From Planctomycetota bacterium (lineage in GTDB: Bacteria > Planctomycetota > PLA2 > JAEUHO01): a DNA stretch of 64,000 nucleotides. Below the pieces are notes generated by a model. That model was not told the DNA's origin. It made no database searches and saw only the letters and a list, made by a program, of their open reading frames with translations. Shown here one piece after another: positions 31,911-41,570 of this stretch; the first letter of the stretch is position 1; every line of letters starts with the position of its first letter. The stretch is taken from NCBI GenBank assembly GCA_050248855.1, contig JBFWRP010000009.1:1-64000 (forward strand), written 5' to 3'. Position numbers and translations under genes: made by a program.

Positions 31911-34621
31911 CAGCGGGCGAGGCCCTGCTCGACGAGCTGCTCGACGCGCCGGCCTCGGCGCGTCGTCGGCTGGCTGACCGCGTGCTGCGCGAAGGCCTCG
32001 CGTGGGACGCGTGGAGCCAGCGCTTTCGCGCGGCGTACCTCGAACGCCCGGAGCGCGCGGAGGGGGCTGCCACGGCGCTCGCAGAATCCGCTGAAGCGTC
32101 CGGTCGTCACGACGTGCTGGGGCGCCTGCTGGGGCAGCGCGCCGTCGCACTCCATCGCACGGGGAGCCCGACCGACGCCGCGCGGCTCTATCGCGAGGCC
32201 GCTGACCACCTCGTCGCCGCCGGGCATCCCGACGACGCTGCGCACGCGCGCCTGCTCGCCGTCGACGCCCTGGCCCACGCCGGTCAGCTGGACGATGCGC
32301 TGGCCGAGGCCGACGCCCTGGCCCGCGTCCTGCGCGGGGCGCGGCACCGCTTGCGTCGCGCGCTCTTGCGCGGCAACCGGGCGAGCGCACTCCGTTTGGC
32401 GGGGCGCCTCGAGGAGTCGGCCCGCGAGAGCGAAGCCGCTTCGCGCAGCTTGGAGCAGCTCGGACAGGAGGGGAGCGCGGCCGCCGCCGAGCTCAACGCG
32501 GGTGTGGCGTGGATGTACGCCGGACGACTCGAGAAGGCCGGCAATCGCCTCCGCTCGGCGGCCCGGCGCTTGGAGGCGCTGGGGCAGGCAGATCGCGTGG
32601 AGGACGCACGCTACGACCTGGCGTGTCTCGACGTCCGGGCGGGACGCTTGGGCCCGGCCGTCCGATCGCTGGACGCGCTGGCACGCGACTTCGCAGCCCG
32701 CGGGCTCGTGCGTCGCGCCGCGCTGGCGCGCATGGACCTCGCCGACGCGCTGGGGCGACTGGGCGATGACGACGCCGCAGCGCGCGAAGCGCGCATGGCG
32801 GCTGACGCGTTCGAAGCCGAACGCGCTCCTGGCGAGGCGGCCGAAGCGTGGCTTCTCCTGGCCCAGGCCGAGGTGGCGGTGAACGGCGGTCCTGCAACGG
32901 AGACGCTGGATGCGGCACGTCGAGCAGCGGAGCTCTCCAGCCGCGAAGAGATCGCCCTGCGTATCGCGGTGCTCGCCGACGACGTCGCCCTTGCCGCGGG
33001 CACGCTGCCATCCATGGAGGGGATGGCACGGCGTGCGGCTCGCGCGAACGAGCTGGGCCTGCGTGAGGTAGCCGACGCCACGCGCACCCAAGAGGCCGAG
33101 CGCCTCCTCCTGCACGGCGACGCGGTGGGCGCGCGCGCCCGGCTCGAGGAGCACGGCCTGCTGCGTCGTACGCATCCGTTTGCGGTCGTACGTGCCGCAC
33201 GCGTGGACGCGCGTGCCGCGGCGGCCCTGGGCGACACGAGCGCTGCCATCTCGGGGCTGCGCCGCGTCACCACGCGTCTTGCCGCGTGGGCAGGCGACGT
33301 GCCGGGCGGCTGGCTCGCGAGTGCGTTCCTCGCACGGCACGGCGGTGCCACGTTGGATCTCGTGGACCTGCTGCTCGTGCGTGGCCGCGCCGTGGATCGG
33401 AGCGAGGCCGTGGCACGCCTCGACGAGCTGGCGCGCCAGGCGTTTGCCGTCGACACGAGCCCGCCGCGCGCCAGGGGCTTGATGGCCCTGCGCCAGCGAC
33501 TGGAGTCGATCTACGCCACGCTTGCCGGCGGAGGCGGCGCGCGCGGGCTGGGCCTGGCCGCGCGACCGGCGCTCGTGGAGGAAGCGCGGCGACTCGAGCA
33601 GGACGTGCTGCGCCGCTGGCGCGACGAAGAGCGGCAGACGGCCTCGCTCGCGCCCACCCGCGAGCCCCCCGTTGCCAACGATGCATTCGACGTGATCGCC
33701 CACCTCTGGCACCACGGCGGTCGGCTGCGGGCTACGCTCAGCCGTCGCAGCGGCGAGGTTCTCGCGCTCCCCGCCCTCGCCGCCGACACCGAGGTCCGAC
33801 GCGCCACCGAGGCCGTGCGCTTCCACGCCGAGCGCGTCCGGCAGATGGGTTCGCGGGCCGCTCGCGATGTGCTCGACGACGAGCTCGAGCTGCTTGCGAA
33901 CCGTGTGCTCCTCCCCATGGTCGAGGCGCTCGGGGAGCTGCCCGCGTCATGGGGTTGGATCGCTGATCCGCGCGCCAGCGCCCTGCCCTTGGAGCATCTC
34001 CCCCTCGAGGGACGCCCGCTCGCGGCGTGCGTGCCGATGGCCCGCGTACCCGCACTTCACGCCGCCCCGCGAGCCCGACCGCGCGGGCGTGGCGAGGCCG
34101 CCGTGCTCCTTGCTGCCGACGACTTGCCGGGGGCTCGCGACGAGGTACGCGCGCTCGGCCATGCCGCCGCCGTTGCGCCCACGCGCGAGGGCCTCGCCCG
34201 CGCGCTGGCCCGCCATCGCGTCGTGCACGTTGCCGGGCACGGCTACACGCCCGATGACGCACCCGCGCTCGGCGGCTTGCGCTTGGCGGACGGTTGGTTC
34301 ACCAGCGCGGACGTGCCCTCGCGTGTGGGCGCGGACCTCGTGGTCCTCGCGGCCTGCCGCAGTGGAACGGGCACCGCCAGCTCCAAGCGACCCGTGGGCG
34401 GCCTCCCGCGGGCACTGTTGGCCGCCGGCGCGCGCCAGGTGTTGTGGACGGCCGCCGACGTGGACGACGCAGCCAGCGCGCGCCTGATGACGGCGTTTCA
34501 TACGGCACGCAAGCGGCTCGGAACGGCGGCTGCTTTGGGCGAAGCCCTGATCCTGATGCAGGATCAAGAGGGCACGCCCGCGCGTTCGCTTCCTTTCCGG
34601 CTCACGGGATTCCAGCCATGA
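31907..34621 (+). CDS. TPR-CHAT (caspase-like) protease
   Basis: GTGA overlap; long TPR-like region; LPLEHL, VVHVAGHG (His), LVVLAACRSG (Cys), ALLAAGARQV. Confidence 0.88.
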   Translation: MTAGEALLDELLDAPASARRRLADRVLREGLAWDAWSQRFRAAYLERPERAEGAATALAESAEASGRHDVLGRLLGQRAVALHRTGSPTDAARLYREAADHLVAAGHPDDAAHARLLAVDALAHAGQLDDALAEADALARVLRGARHRLRRALLRGNRASALRLAGRLEESARESEAASRSLEQLGQEGSAAAAELNAGVAWMYAGRLEKAGNRLRSAARRLEALGQADRVEDARYDLACLDVRAGRLGPAVRSLDALARDFAARGLVRRAALARMDLADALGRLGDDDAAAREARMAADAFEAERAPGEAAEAWLLLAQAEVAVNGGPATETLDAARRAAELSSREEIALRIAVLADDVALAAGTLPSMEGMARRAARANELGLREVADATRTQEAERLLLHGDAVGARARLEEHGLLRRTHPFAVVRAARVDARAAAALGDTSAAISGLRRVTTRLAAWAGDVPGGWLASAFLARHGGATLDLVDLLLVRGRAVDRSEAVARLDELARQAFAVDTSPPRARGLMALRQRLESIYATLAGGGGARGLGLAARPALVEEARRLEQDVLRRWRDEERQTASLAPTREPPVANDAFDVIAHLWHHGGRLRATLSRRSGEVLALPALAADTEVRRATEAVRFHAERVRQMGSRAARDVLDDELELLANRVLLPMVEALGELPASWGWIADPRASALPLEHLPLEGRPLAACVPMARVPALHAAPRARPRGRGEAAVLLAADDLPGARDEVRALGHAAAVAPTREGLARALARHRVVHVAGHGYTPDDAPALGGLRLADGWFTSADVPSRVGADLVVLAACRSGTGTASSKRPVGGLPRALLAAGARQVLWTAADVDDAASARLMTAFHTARKRLGTAAALGEALILMQDQEGTPARSLPFRLTGFQP

Positions 34622-35886
34622 CGCTTCGTTTCTCCTTTCCTGCGGCGGCCCGGGCGCGCCTCGTGGTCCCCTGTCTGCCGCTGCTGCTCGCGGCCTGCGG
34701 TGGCGGCGGCGCCGGTTCCGCCTCGCCGCCACCGGACAATCTCCAGCCCACGGTCGTGCTCGTCGAGATCGTGGACGACGACGACGACCCCGATGACGTC
34801 CTGGACACCATCGAGGATGTCGTCGAAGACACGGGCGCGACATATCTGGGCGAGGTGGACGGTACGGCGTTCCACCGCTTCGAGCTGCCTACCGGACTGT
34901 CCCCCGAAGGCTTCCTCGCGCTGGTCGACGACGACATCCGCATCACGGACGGCCAAGAGGACATCGAGCTCAGCTCGCCGGAGGGCGGCGGCGCCACGAT
35001 TCCGCTGGGCGGCGAGCTGTTCGCCACCGCCGTCGCCCAACAACCCGAGCTGCTGCGCATCGGCCTGCTGGCGGCGCACGATCGCGTGACGGGGGCTGGT
35101 GTGCGCGTGGCGGTGCTCGACACCGGCATCGACCCCGATCACCCGTTGCTCGTCGGTCACATCGCGCCGGGCGGCCAGGACTTCATCGACGGCGACGACG
35201 ACCCGCGCTACGTGGCCAACGGTCGCGACGACGACGCGGACGGTCTGATCGACGAGGGTCGCGGCCACGGCACGTTCGTGGCGAGCCTCGTGCTGGCCGT
35301 GGCCCCCGGTGCGCAGATCGTTCCCTTCCGCGTGCTCGACAGTGACTCGCGTGGCAAGGCGAGCTCTCTCGCCGAGGCCATCGCGCGGGCCGCCGACCTC
35401 GGCGTGGACGTGATCAACCTGTCAGCGGGCATGCCGACACGCGTGCAGGTCGTGAAGGATGCCGTGCAGTACGCACGCGAGCGGGGCGTCCTCGTCGTCG
35501 CCAGCGCGGGCAACACGGGCACGCGCAGCGTCACGTTCCCGGCCTCGCTCGGAGATGGCTTGAGCGTCACCAGTGTCGACGACGGCGACGTGCTGGCGGG
35601 CTTCGCCTCCTTCGGCGACGACGTGGATCTCTCCGCGCCCGGCCAGGAGCTGATCGGCGCGTTTCCCAACGGACTCGGTGCCGTGCGGTGGTCGGGGACT
35701 TCGTTCAGTGCGGCCTTGGTCTCCGGCGCCTTCGCCCTGGTCCGCGAGGCCTTCCCTGGCCTGGACGCCGAGCACGTCGTCTCGCACCTGCGGGATACGA
35801 GCGTGGACGTGCGCTCCCTCAACCCCGCGCGGGATGGGGACATGGGCGAGGGACGCCTGGACCTCGACGCCGCCACCGCCCCCTGA
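34618..35886 (+). CDS. S8 subtilisin-family serine protease, lipoprotein
   Basis: ATGA overlap; LAAC lipobox; triad VAVLDTG, GHGTFVAS, WSGTSFS; ASAGN. Confidence 0.93.
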   Translation: MTLRFSFPAAARARLVVPCLPLLLAACGGGGAGSASPPPDNLQPTVVLVEIVDDDDDPDDVLDTIEDVVEDTGATYLGEVDGTAFHRFELPTGLSPEGFLALVDDDIRITDGQEDIELSSPEGGGATIPLGGELFATAVAQQPELLRIGLLAAHDRVTGAGVRVAVLDTGIDPDHPLLVGHIAPGGQDFIDGDDDPRYVANGRDDDADGLIDEGRGHGTFVASLVLAVAPGAQIVPFRVLDSDSRGKASSLAEAIARAADLGVDVINLSAGMPTRVQVVKDAVQYARERGVLVVASAGNTGTRSVTFPASLGDGLSVTSVDDGDVLAGFASFGDDVDLSAPGQELIGAFPNGLGAVRWSGTSFSAALVSGAFALVREAFPGLDAEHVVSHLRDTSVDVRSLNPARDGDMGEGRLDLDAATAP

Positions 35887-35961
35887 TCGCGGGGCACACA
35901 CCCCGCCGGCGCGGTAGCCTCCTCCAGTCCAACGGGCCTCCCGATGGACGAGGAGGCTTCC

Positions 35962-37296
35962 ATGCGTTCTACCGCATTCCTCTTGGCCGCCGCCGGGCTC
36001 GCGGCGCTGCCGGGCACCGCCTGGGCCGGCGGCGAGCTGGCCCCGCCCGTGCGCGTCGTGGCGGGCGAGGCGCCGATCCGCGCCGAGGTCGGCCACGCCG
36101 CGCCCTGCTTCCACGACTTGGATCGCGACGGCAAGCGCGACTTGCTCGTCGGCCAGATGGGCAAGGGCCAGCTCCTCGTCTGGCGCAACGAGGGCACGGA
36201 CACGAAGCCCGTGTTCACGACGTCCACCGTGTTCCGCGTGGACGGCAAGGACGCCACCGTCGAAGCGGGTTGATGCGTCGGCTTCGGTCCACAGGTCGTG
36301 GACCTCGACGGCGACGGACACCTCGACATGATCAGCGGCGGATTCCCCGGGCACGTCTACGTGTTCCGCGGCAACGGCGAAGGCGGCTTCCTCGCTCGTG
36401 ACGAGGTCAAGCTCGCCGACGGCAACGACGTCAAGGTGGAGAGCGCCTCGGCGCCGTTCGCGGTGGACTGGGACGCGGATGGCGACCTCGATCTCGTCGT
36501 GGGCGACATCGCTGGCGGCGTGCACCTCTTCGACGGGCAGGGCGGCACGAAGGCGCTGAGCCTGTCGGGCTCCAAGCCGCTCGAGGTGGAGGGCAAGGCC
36601 ATCCGCGTCGACGGCGGAGACGCCGGCCCCACGGTGGCGGACTGGGACGGCGACGGTCGCTTGGACCTCGTGCTCGGTTGCGGAGACGGCAGCGTGCTGC
36701 TCTACCGCAACACCTCCAAGGAGGGCGCGGCGGTCCTCGCCGCACCCGTGACGCTGCTCGAGGGCGGAGGCTGGGGCGGGCCCGGCGGCATGGACGACAC
36801 GCGCCCCGGGGTTCGCGCCAAGCCGTGGGTCACGGACTGGGACGGCGACGGTCGGCTCGACCTGCTCGTGGGCGACCTCTCGCTCGCCAAGCCCAAGGCG
36901 CGCGTGCGCACGCCGGAGGACGACGCCGAGCTCGAGAAGATCCAGGCCGATCTCGCCAAGTTCGGCGAGCGCTTCGAGCCCGTGATGAAGCGCATCCTCC
37001 GCGAGACGCTCGCGGAAGAGGGCATCGAGGCGACCGACGAGGAGCTCGAGGATCCGAACGGCAAGCTGGAGAGCCTGCCCGAGGACCAGAAGGGCCGCTT
37101 GCAGAAGGCGCTCATGAAGCGCTTCGAGGCTGACGAAGAGGCCCAGGCGATGCAGGCCGAGGCCGAGGCCGCGATGGAGCGCATGCGCGAGCTCGGGGGG
37201 GGCGGAGGCACACCGCAGGGCCACGTCTGGCTGCTCCGTCGTCTGCCTGCGACGGCGGTGACCACCGCGCCCGCCGCCGACACGACGACCCGCTGA
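35962..37296 (+). CDS. Secreted FG-GAP repeat protein, probable selenoprotein (UGA at 36271 = Sec104)
   Basis: Two same-frame ORFs joined across one TGA: ..VEAG*CVGFGPQVVDLDGDG..; signal peptide; five D(L/W)DxDGxxD(L/M) repeats, one before and four after the TGA; SECIS-like hairpin. Confidence 0.8.
36276..36310 (+). promoter_or_regulatory. Bacterial SECIS-like hairpin
   Basis: Upper stem GGTCCAC(36286-92)/GTGGACC(36298-304) with loop AGGTC; lower stem CGTCG/CGACG; 19 nt between UGA and loop. Confidence 0.7.
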
Positions 37297-37367
37297 CGAG
37301 CCGTCGGCTCCACGCCGCGGACAGGTACGCTGGCCCCGCCTCGCGAGCGACCGAGGCGGGAGCCACC

Positions 37368-38693
37368 GTGGACGTGCAGGCCGTCGACCCCGCCACTGGG
37401 CGCGTACTGGGCACGTGGCCCGCGAGCCGGCCTGCGGACACAGACGCCGCGCTCGACGCCGCGGTCACGGCCCAGGCCGAGTGGGGCGCCCGTACGCCCG
37501 AGGCCCGAGCGGCCGTGCTGGCGCGCGCCGGCGAGCTGCTGCGCACGCGCGCGCCCGCGCTGACGCTGCTCCTGGCCGATGAGGTCGGTCGGCCGGTGCG
37601 TGAGGGGCGGGCCGAGCTCGACGCCGCGGTCGCGCTCCTCGACTACCTGGCGCGCCACGCCGCGCGCCACCTGGCGCCCGAGCGCGTCTCGGCGGAGAAG
37701 CCCCGCGCCTACGCGCGGTTCGACCCGCGCGGCGTGCTGCTCGCCGTGCTCGAGGGCGTCACGGTCTACGAGGATCTGGCCCACGCCGTGGGCCTGCCCT
37801 TGGCGACCGGCTCCGGCGTGATGGTGCTGCCCGAAGTGCGCGCCCCCGCGAGCGCGCTCGCGTTCGTCCAGGTCCTCGAAGCCGCGGGCGTGCCGCACGG
37901 CCTGATCGGGGTGGCGCGGCTGGCTCCGACCGAGGCGACCGCGTGGGTCGCCGACCCGCGCATCGCGGGAGCCGTGGCGCGCGCTTCCGCCGCCACCGTG
38001 CGCTTCGTGCGCGAGGCCTCCGCCCGCCACGACACGGAGGCGTGGACCGAAGGGCCCACGAACGACGCGTTGGTGGTGCTGGCCGACGCCGACGTCGGGG
38101 ACGCGGTCGCGGCCTACGTGCGCGGACGCTTCCACGCCACGGGGCAGGGCCGCCGCGGGCCCCGTCGCTGCATCGTCGTGGAGCCCCTGGCCGAACGCTT
38201 CGAACGGGAGCTGGCCGCGCGCATTGCGGCGCTCGTGGTGGGACCACCGCGCGACACGGGCACCACCATCGGGCCCGTGTTGGCCAACGGCGTCATCGAG
38301 CGCCTTGCCACGCACGTCGAGGCCAGCGTGGCGGCGGGGGCGCGTCGCGTGTGCGCGTCGCGCTTCCCCGAAGGGCCCGGCGCTTGGTGCCCCGCGCTGC
38401 TGGTCGCGGGCCTCGAGCCGGGCATGCCCTTGTTCGACGAGCGCGTGCAAGGCCCGCTCGCCCTCCTCGCCACCGCGCACGACGAGGCCCACGCGTTCGA
38501 GCTGGCCACGTCATCGCCGGACGCCGTGGGCCTCTCGGTGTTCGGACGCGATGCCAGCCGCGCGGAGGAGCTCGCGCTGGCGACCCAGGCTGCGCCCGTG
38601 GCCGTCAACGAGGTGCCGGGAGCCGACCCACGCCTCGTCGCCCCCCCGCTGCTTCGCACGCTGAGCGTGCGCCGCCACGTCGAGATCGCCTGA
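37368..38693 (+). CDS. Aldehyde dehydrogenase-fold protein, catalytically degenerate
   Basis: VDPATG, PRGVLLAV, LVVLADAD, TGQ, TTIGP; catalytic Cys position is Arg. Confidence 0.8.
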   Translation: MDVQAVDPATGRVLGTWPASRPADTDAALDAAVTAQAEWGARTPEARAAVLARAGELLRTRAPALTLLLADEVGRPVREGRAELDAAVALLDYLARHAARHLAPERVSAEKPRAYARFDPRGVLLAVLEGVTVYEDLAHAVGLPLATGSGVMVLPEVRAPASALAFVQVLEAAGVPHGLIGVARLAPTEATAWVADPRIAGAVARASAATVRFVREASARHDTEAWTEGPTNDALVVLADADVGDAVAAYVRGRFHATGQGRRGPRRCIVVEPLAERFERELAARIAALVVGPPRDTGTTIGPVLANGVIERLATHVEASVAAGARRVCASRFPEGPGAWCPALLVAGLEPGMPLFDERVQGPLALLATAHDEAHAFELATSSPDAVGLSVFGRDASRAEELALATQAAPVAVNEVPGADPRLVAPPLLRTLSVRRHVEIA

Positions 38694-38706
38694 CCGCCGT
38701 CCCGGG

Positions 38707-39072
38707 TCAACGGCCCGCATGCGCCTGGAGCCACGCCAGCACGCGCGCGCGCTCCGCGCCGAACAGCCCGGCCCGCGGCCCGTAGCGGGCCACGAACATC
38801 GGCCATTCCGCGGCGCTCGCGTAGGTGGGATCGAACGGCTCGTGGCACTGCCCACAGCGCCGGCGGTAGATCGCCTCGGTCGCCGGATCGGCCGCCCGAT
38901 CGGCCCACGCCTCGGCTGTCTCGTCGCCAAACGTCGCCGGCGCGGCGCCGCTGCGCGATCGTCGGCCAGGATCGGCGGGATAGCCCCACGCGCAGCCCGC
39001 AAGGACCAGCGCGCCCGTCGTGGCCACGAGACCCGTGCGCCACGCCCTCCTCGTCGCGAAGCGTGAAGTCAT
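38707..39072 (-). CDS. Small monoheme c-type cytochrome lipoprotein
   Basis: LAGC lipobox; CGQCH heme motif. Confidence 0.8.
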   Translation of the reverse strand: MTSRFATRRAWRTGLVATTGALVLAGCAWGYPADPGRRSRSGAAPATFGDETAEAWADRAADPATEAIYRRRCGQCHEPFDPTYASAAEWPMFVARYGPRAGLFGAERARVLAWLQAHAGR

Positions 39073-39081
39073 CCGAGCCTC

Positions 39082-40506
39082 CTAGAAGTACGTCGACAGG
39101 CTGAACGTGAGCTCGCGCTCGTCGCGCTCGTTCTCGAAGTGCAGCCAGGTGTGGTCCAAGCGCAGTACGGTGCGCTCCGTGAGGCGGTAGTTGAGCGCGA
39201 GGCCGAAGCTCTCCGCGTCGTCCTGTTTGGCCGCGCCGACGGAGCGGTCGTCCAGGTCCGTGGTCTGGTAGCGCGCGGCCAGCGTGAAATGGCTCGTCGG
39301 CGTGACGAGGCACGTGTCGCATGCGCGCCACGCACACGGCATGAAGTGCCACGCGGCCTCCGCCCATAGGCCATCCAGGCCATGGACCGTGCCGGCGGGG
39401 GCTCCTGCCCGGCGGTCGATGTCGTAGCGCAGGTACTCGCCCTGCAGCTCGAAGGGGCCCTTGCGCAGCAACCAGTCCACGCCCCAGCCGGTCAGGGCCT
39501 CGTCGCCCGCGTCGTCGATCTTGCCCGTGGTCCCGGAGAGGCCGATCTCGTAGCGATCCAGGAACCGGTTGCGCCCCTCGAGCACCACGCGGCCCCAGAC
39601 CTGCTTGTTCTCGTTGTTGTCGACATCCCATTCCTGCCGACCGCCGCGGACGCCACCGCCAGGGGTGAGGTCGTCCGAGAAGCCCGTCGAGACGACGACG
39701 TCGTAGGACAGCAGCGCGTCGCACCCCACGCCGATCGAGCCTTCGACACCGAGGCCCGCCTGCCCGAAGCCCGTGGGCACGAAGTAGCGGGCCGTCCACG
39801 GGCGGATCGTGAAGTCGGCCAGCGGGTCGTCGTGGAACAGGTTGTAGCGACCGAAGGGGATCAGCGGCGCGCCGATCTTGGGCTGGAACCAGTCGACGAG
39901 GCGTGCGGTGACGACCGCCTGCTCGACGCGCACGTCGCCTTCGCTGCCGCCGCCGATGCCGCCGTGCTCGATCTCCACTTCGGCCGTGAAGTCGACGCAG
40001 TCCGTGATGGGCGCGTCGAGCTGCAGGATCAGTCGGTGCAGGTCGAAGGTCGTGTTGCGCGAGCTGTTGGCACGCATCTCGGCCGTGAGATAGCCACCCC
40101 ACCGCACGCCGCCCGGCGAGCTACCGCCGTGGAGGGACGACGGCGACCGCACGAGGCGGTCCGCGCCGCCGGACAGCCGCGTCAGCTCGAGGCGCTCTTC
40201 GGGCGTGACGCCAGCGTGGGCGTACGGTGCGACCGGCGCGGGCGTTGGCGCCGGCGCCTCGTGCGTGGCCTGGGTGGGCACGACGCCGTCGGTACCCGCA
40301 GGACGTGCGGCGGCTTGGTCACGCCAGTGCGCCACGTCGTGCTCGAGCTTGCGGATGCGCTCCGTCTGCTCCAGCAGCAGGGCTTCGAGTCGAGCCAAGC
40401 GCTCCTCGGCCCCGTCATCGGCCCGCGCCACCGGGGCCCGGGCACCGAGCGTCAGGGCCAGCCCGAGCGCCAGACACGCGCGGGCGGATCGTTTCTTCGC
40501 TCCCAT
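39082..40506 (-). CDS. Outer-membrane porin-like beta-barrel protein
   Basis: Signal peptide, N-terminal coiled coil, WGGY..FDLHR..AEVEIEHG, C-terminal STYF; RBS AAGGAGG. Confidence 0.8.
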   Translation of the reverse strand: MGAKKRSARACLALGLALTLGARAPVARADDGAEERLARLEALLLEQTERIRKLEHDVAHWRDQAAARPAGTDGVVPTQATHEAPAPTPAPVAPYAHAGVTPEERLELTRLSGGADRLVRSPSSLHGGSSPGGVRWGGYLTAEMRANSSRNTTFDLHRLILQLDAPITDCVDFTAEVEIEHGGIGGGSEGDVRVEQAVVTARLVDWFQPKIGAPLIPFGRYNLFHDDPLADFTIRPWTARYFVPTGFGQAGLGVEGSIGVGCDALLSYDVVVSTGFSDDLTPGGGVRGGRQEWDVDNNENKQVWGRVVLEGRNRFLDRYEIGLSGTTGKIDDAGDEALTGWGVDWLLRKGPFELQGEYLRYDIDRRAGAPAGTVHGLDGLWAEAAWHFMPCAWRACDTCLVTPTSHFTLAARYQTTDLDDRSVGAAKQDDAESFGLALNYRLTERTVLRLDHTWLHFENERDERELTFSLSTYF

Positions 40507-40534
40507 TGCGACCTCCTTGGGTCGCGCTTCATAT

Positions 40535-40549
40535 TGCGATCGAATTGCA
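40535..40549. promoter_or_regulatory. Fur-family-like 7-1-7 box upstream of porin
   Basis: TGCGATC-G-AATTGCA imperfect palindrome in an AT-rich patch. Confidence 0.4.
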
Positions 40550-40603
40550 GAATCAACTTTGAAACAGAGCCGGCACCCTCGGCACAAGTGGACGGGCCCT
40601 TAT

Positions 40604-40626
40604 GTCTGAACTACAGACTTGTCTGT
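40604..40626. promoter_or_regulatory. Probable operator of the wHTH regulator operon
   Basis: GTCTG-N5-CAGAC overlapping ACAGAC-TT-GTCTGT just upstream of ATG 40648. Confidence 0.5.
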
Positions 40627-40647
40627 CACATCGCTATTGGAGCTCCC

Positions 40648-41256
40648 ATGACCCACCCCGATCCCCAGGCCGCCGCGGCCCGCGACCTTGCCTACATCCG
40701 CGACGTGATGGACCGCACGTCCAAGCTCGTCGACCCGCACGCCTTCCACTACGTGCACTGGGGCGCCATCGTCCTGGTCTGGTACCCGCTGGCCACGTGG
40801 CTCACGCGCAACGACCGACTGGACTGGCTGCTGCCCGTCGGCGCCATCGCGGTGGGTCTCGGCGCGTTGCTCAGCATCGGACGCGAAGTGCTGCTGGGCC
40901 GCCGCGGCGAGCGTCAGGACGGCCCCACCCCCATCGCGCGTCAAGTGGTGCTCGTCACGTTCGGAGCCATCGGGGCAGGCGCGGTCCTCTCGGCCATCGC
41001 ACCGGCGTTCGGCTTCATCGCGGGGCCCGAGGTGCCGACGCTGTGGGGCCTCGTGTATGCGGCCATGGCGTTCGGCATCGGCGTGGTCTACGACCGCGCC
41101 TTCCTCGTGGCGGCGATCGTGATCTTCGCCGGCGCGGTCGCGGCCATCGCTTGGCCCGCGGGCAACGGCTACGTGCTGGGCCCCACCATGGGCCTGGGCA
41201 TGATCGTCCCCGGCTGGCGTGCCGAGCGAAGGGTCCGAGCGAGAGCCACCGCGTGA
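40648..41256 (+). CDS. Membrane protein
   Basis: DLAYIRDVMDRT, then ~6 TM segments; coupled to the wHTH gene. Confidence 0.8.
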   Translation: MTHPDPQAAAARDLAYIRDVMDRTSKLVDPHAFHYVHWGAIVLVWYPLATWLTRNDRLDWLLPVGAIAVGLGALLSIGREVLLGRRGERQDGPTPIARQVVLVTFGAIGAGAVLSAIAPAFGFIAGPEVPTLWGLVYAAMAFGIGVVYDRAFLVAAIVIFAGAVAAIAWPAGNGYVLGPTMGLGMIVPGWRAERRVRARATA

Positions 41257-41552
41257 CGGAGGCGGACTACCGGTTCGACGCCGAGCTGTTGGCCGAGGCG
41301 CGCCTCGGGATCGTTGCCGCCCTGCTGGCCCGTCCCGAGGCCACCTTCAGCGAGCTGAAGGACCTGCTTGGGCTCACGCAGGGCAATCTCGGCGCCCACC
41401 TCCAGCGCCTCGAGGCCGCCGGCTACGTCACCATCACCAAGGCCTTCGTCGGCCGGCGTCCCCGCACCACCGTCGAGCTCACGGACGCCGGCCGCGCCGC
41501 TTTCCGCCGTCACGTCGACCGCCTCCAACGTTTCCTGGACGGGGGAGCCTAG
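41253..41552 (+). CDS. Winged helix transcriptional regulator (HTH_34/MarR-like)
   Basis: ARLGIVAAL, FSELKDLLGLTQGNLGAHLQRLEAAGYV.ITKAFVGRRPRT. Confidence 0.9.
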   Translation: MTEADYRFDAELLAEARLGIVAALLARPEATFSELKDLLGLTQGNLGAHLQRLEAAGYVTITKAFVGRRPRTTVELTDAGRAAFRRHVDRLQRFLDGGA

Positions 41553-41570
41553 GCTGGCCCCCTTCGGGAG

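Noticed and set aside
36271..36273. Genome-wide UGA reassignment (Trp/Gly) as the explanation of the in-frame TGA
   Set aside because: TGA ends many well-defined genes in this window (aldolase, msrB, sigma, S8), so any recoding must be local.
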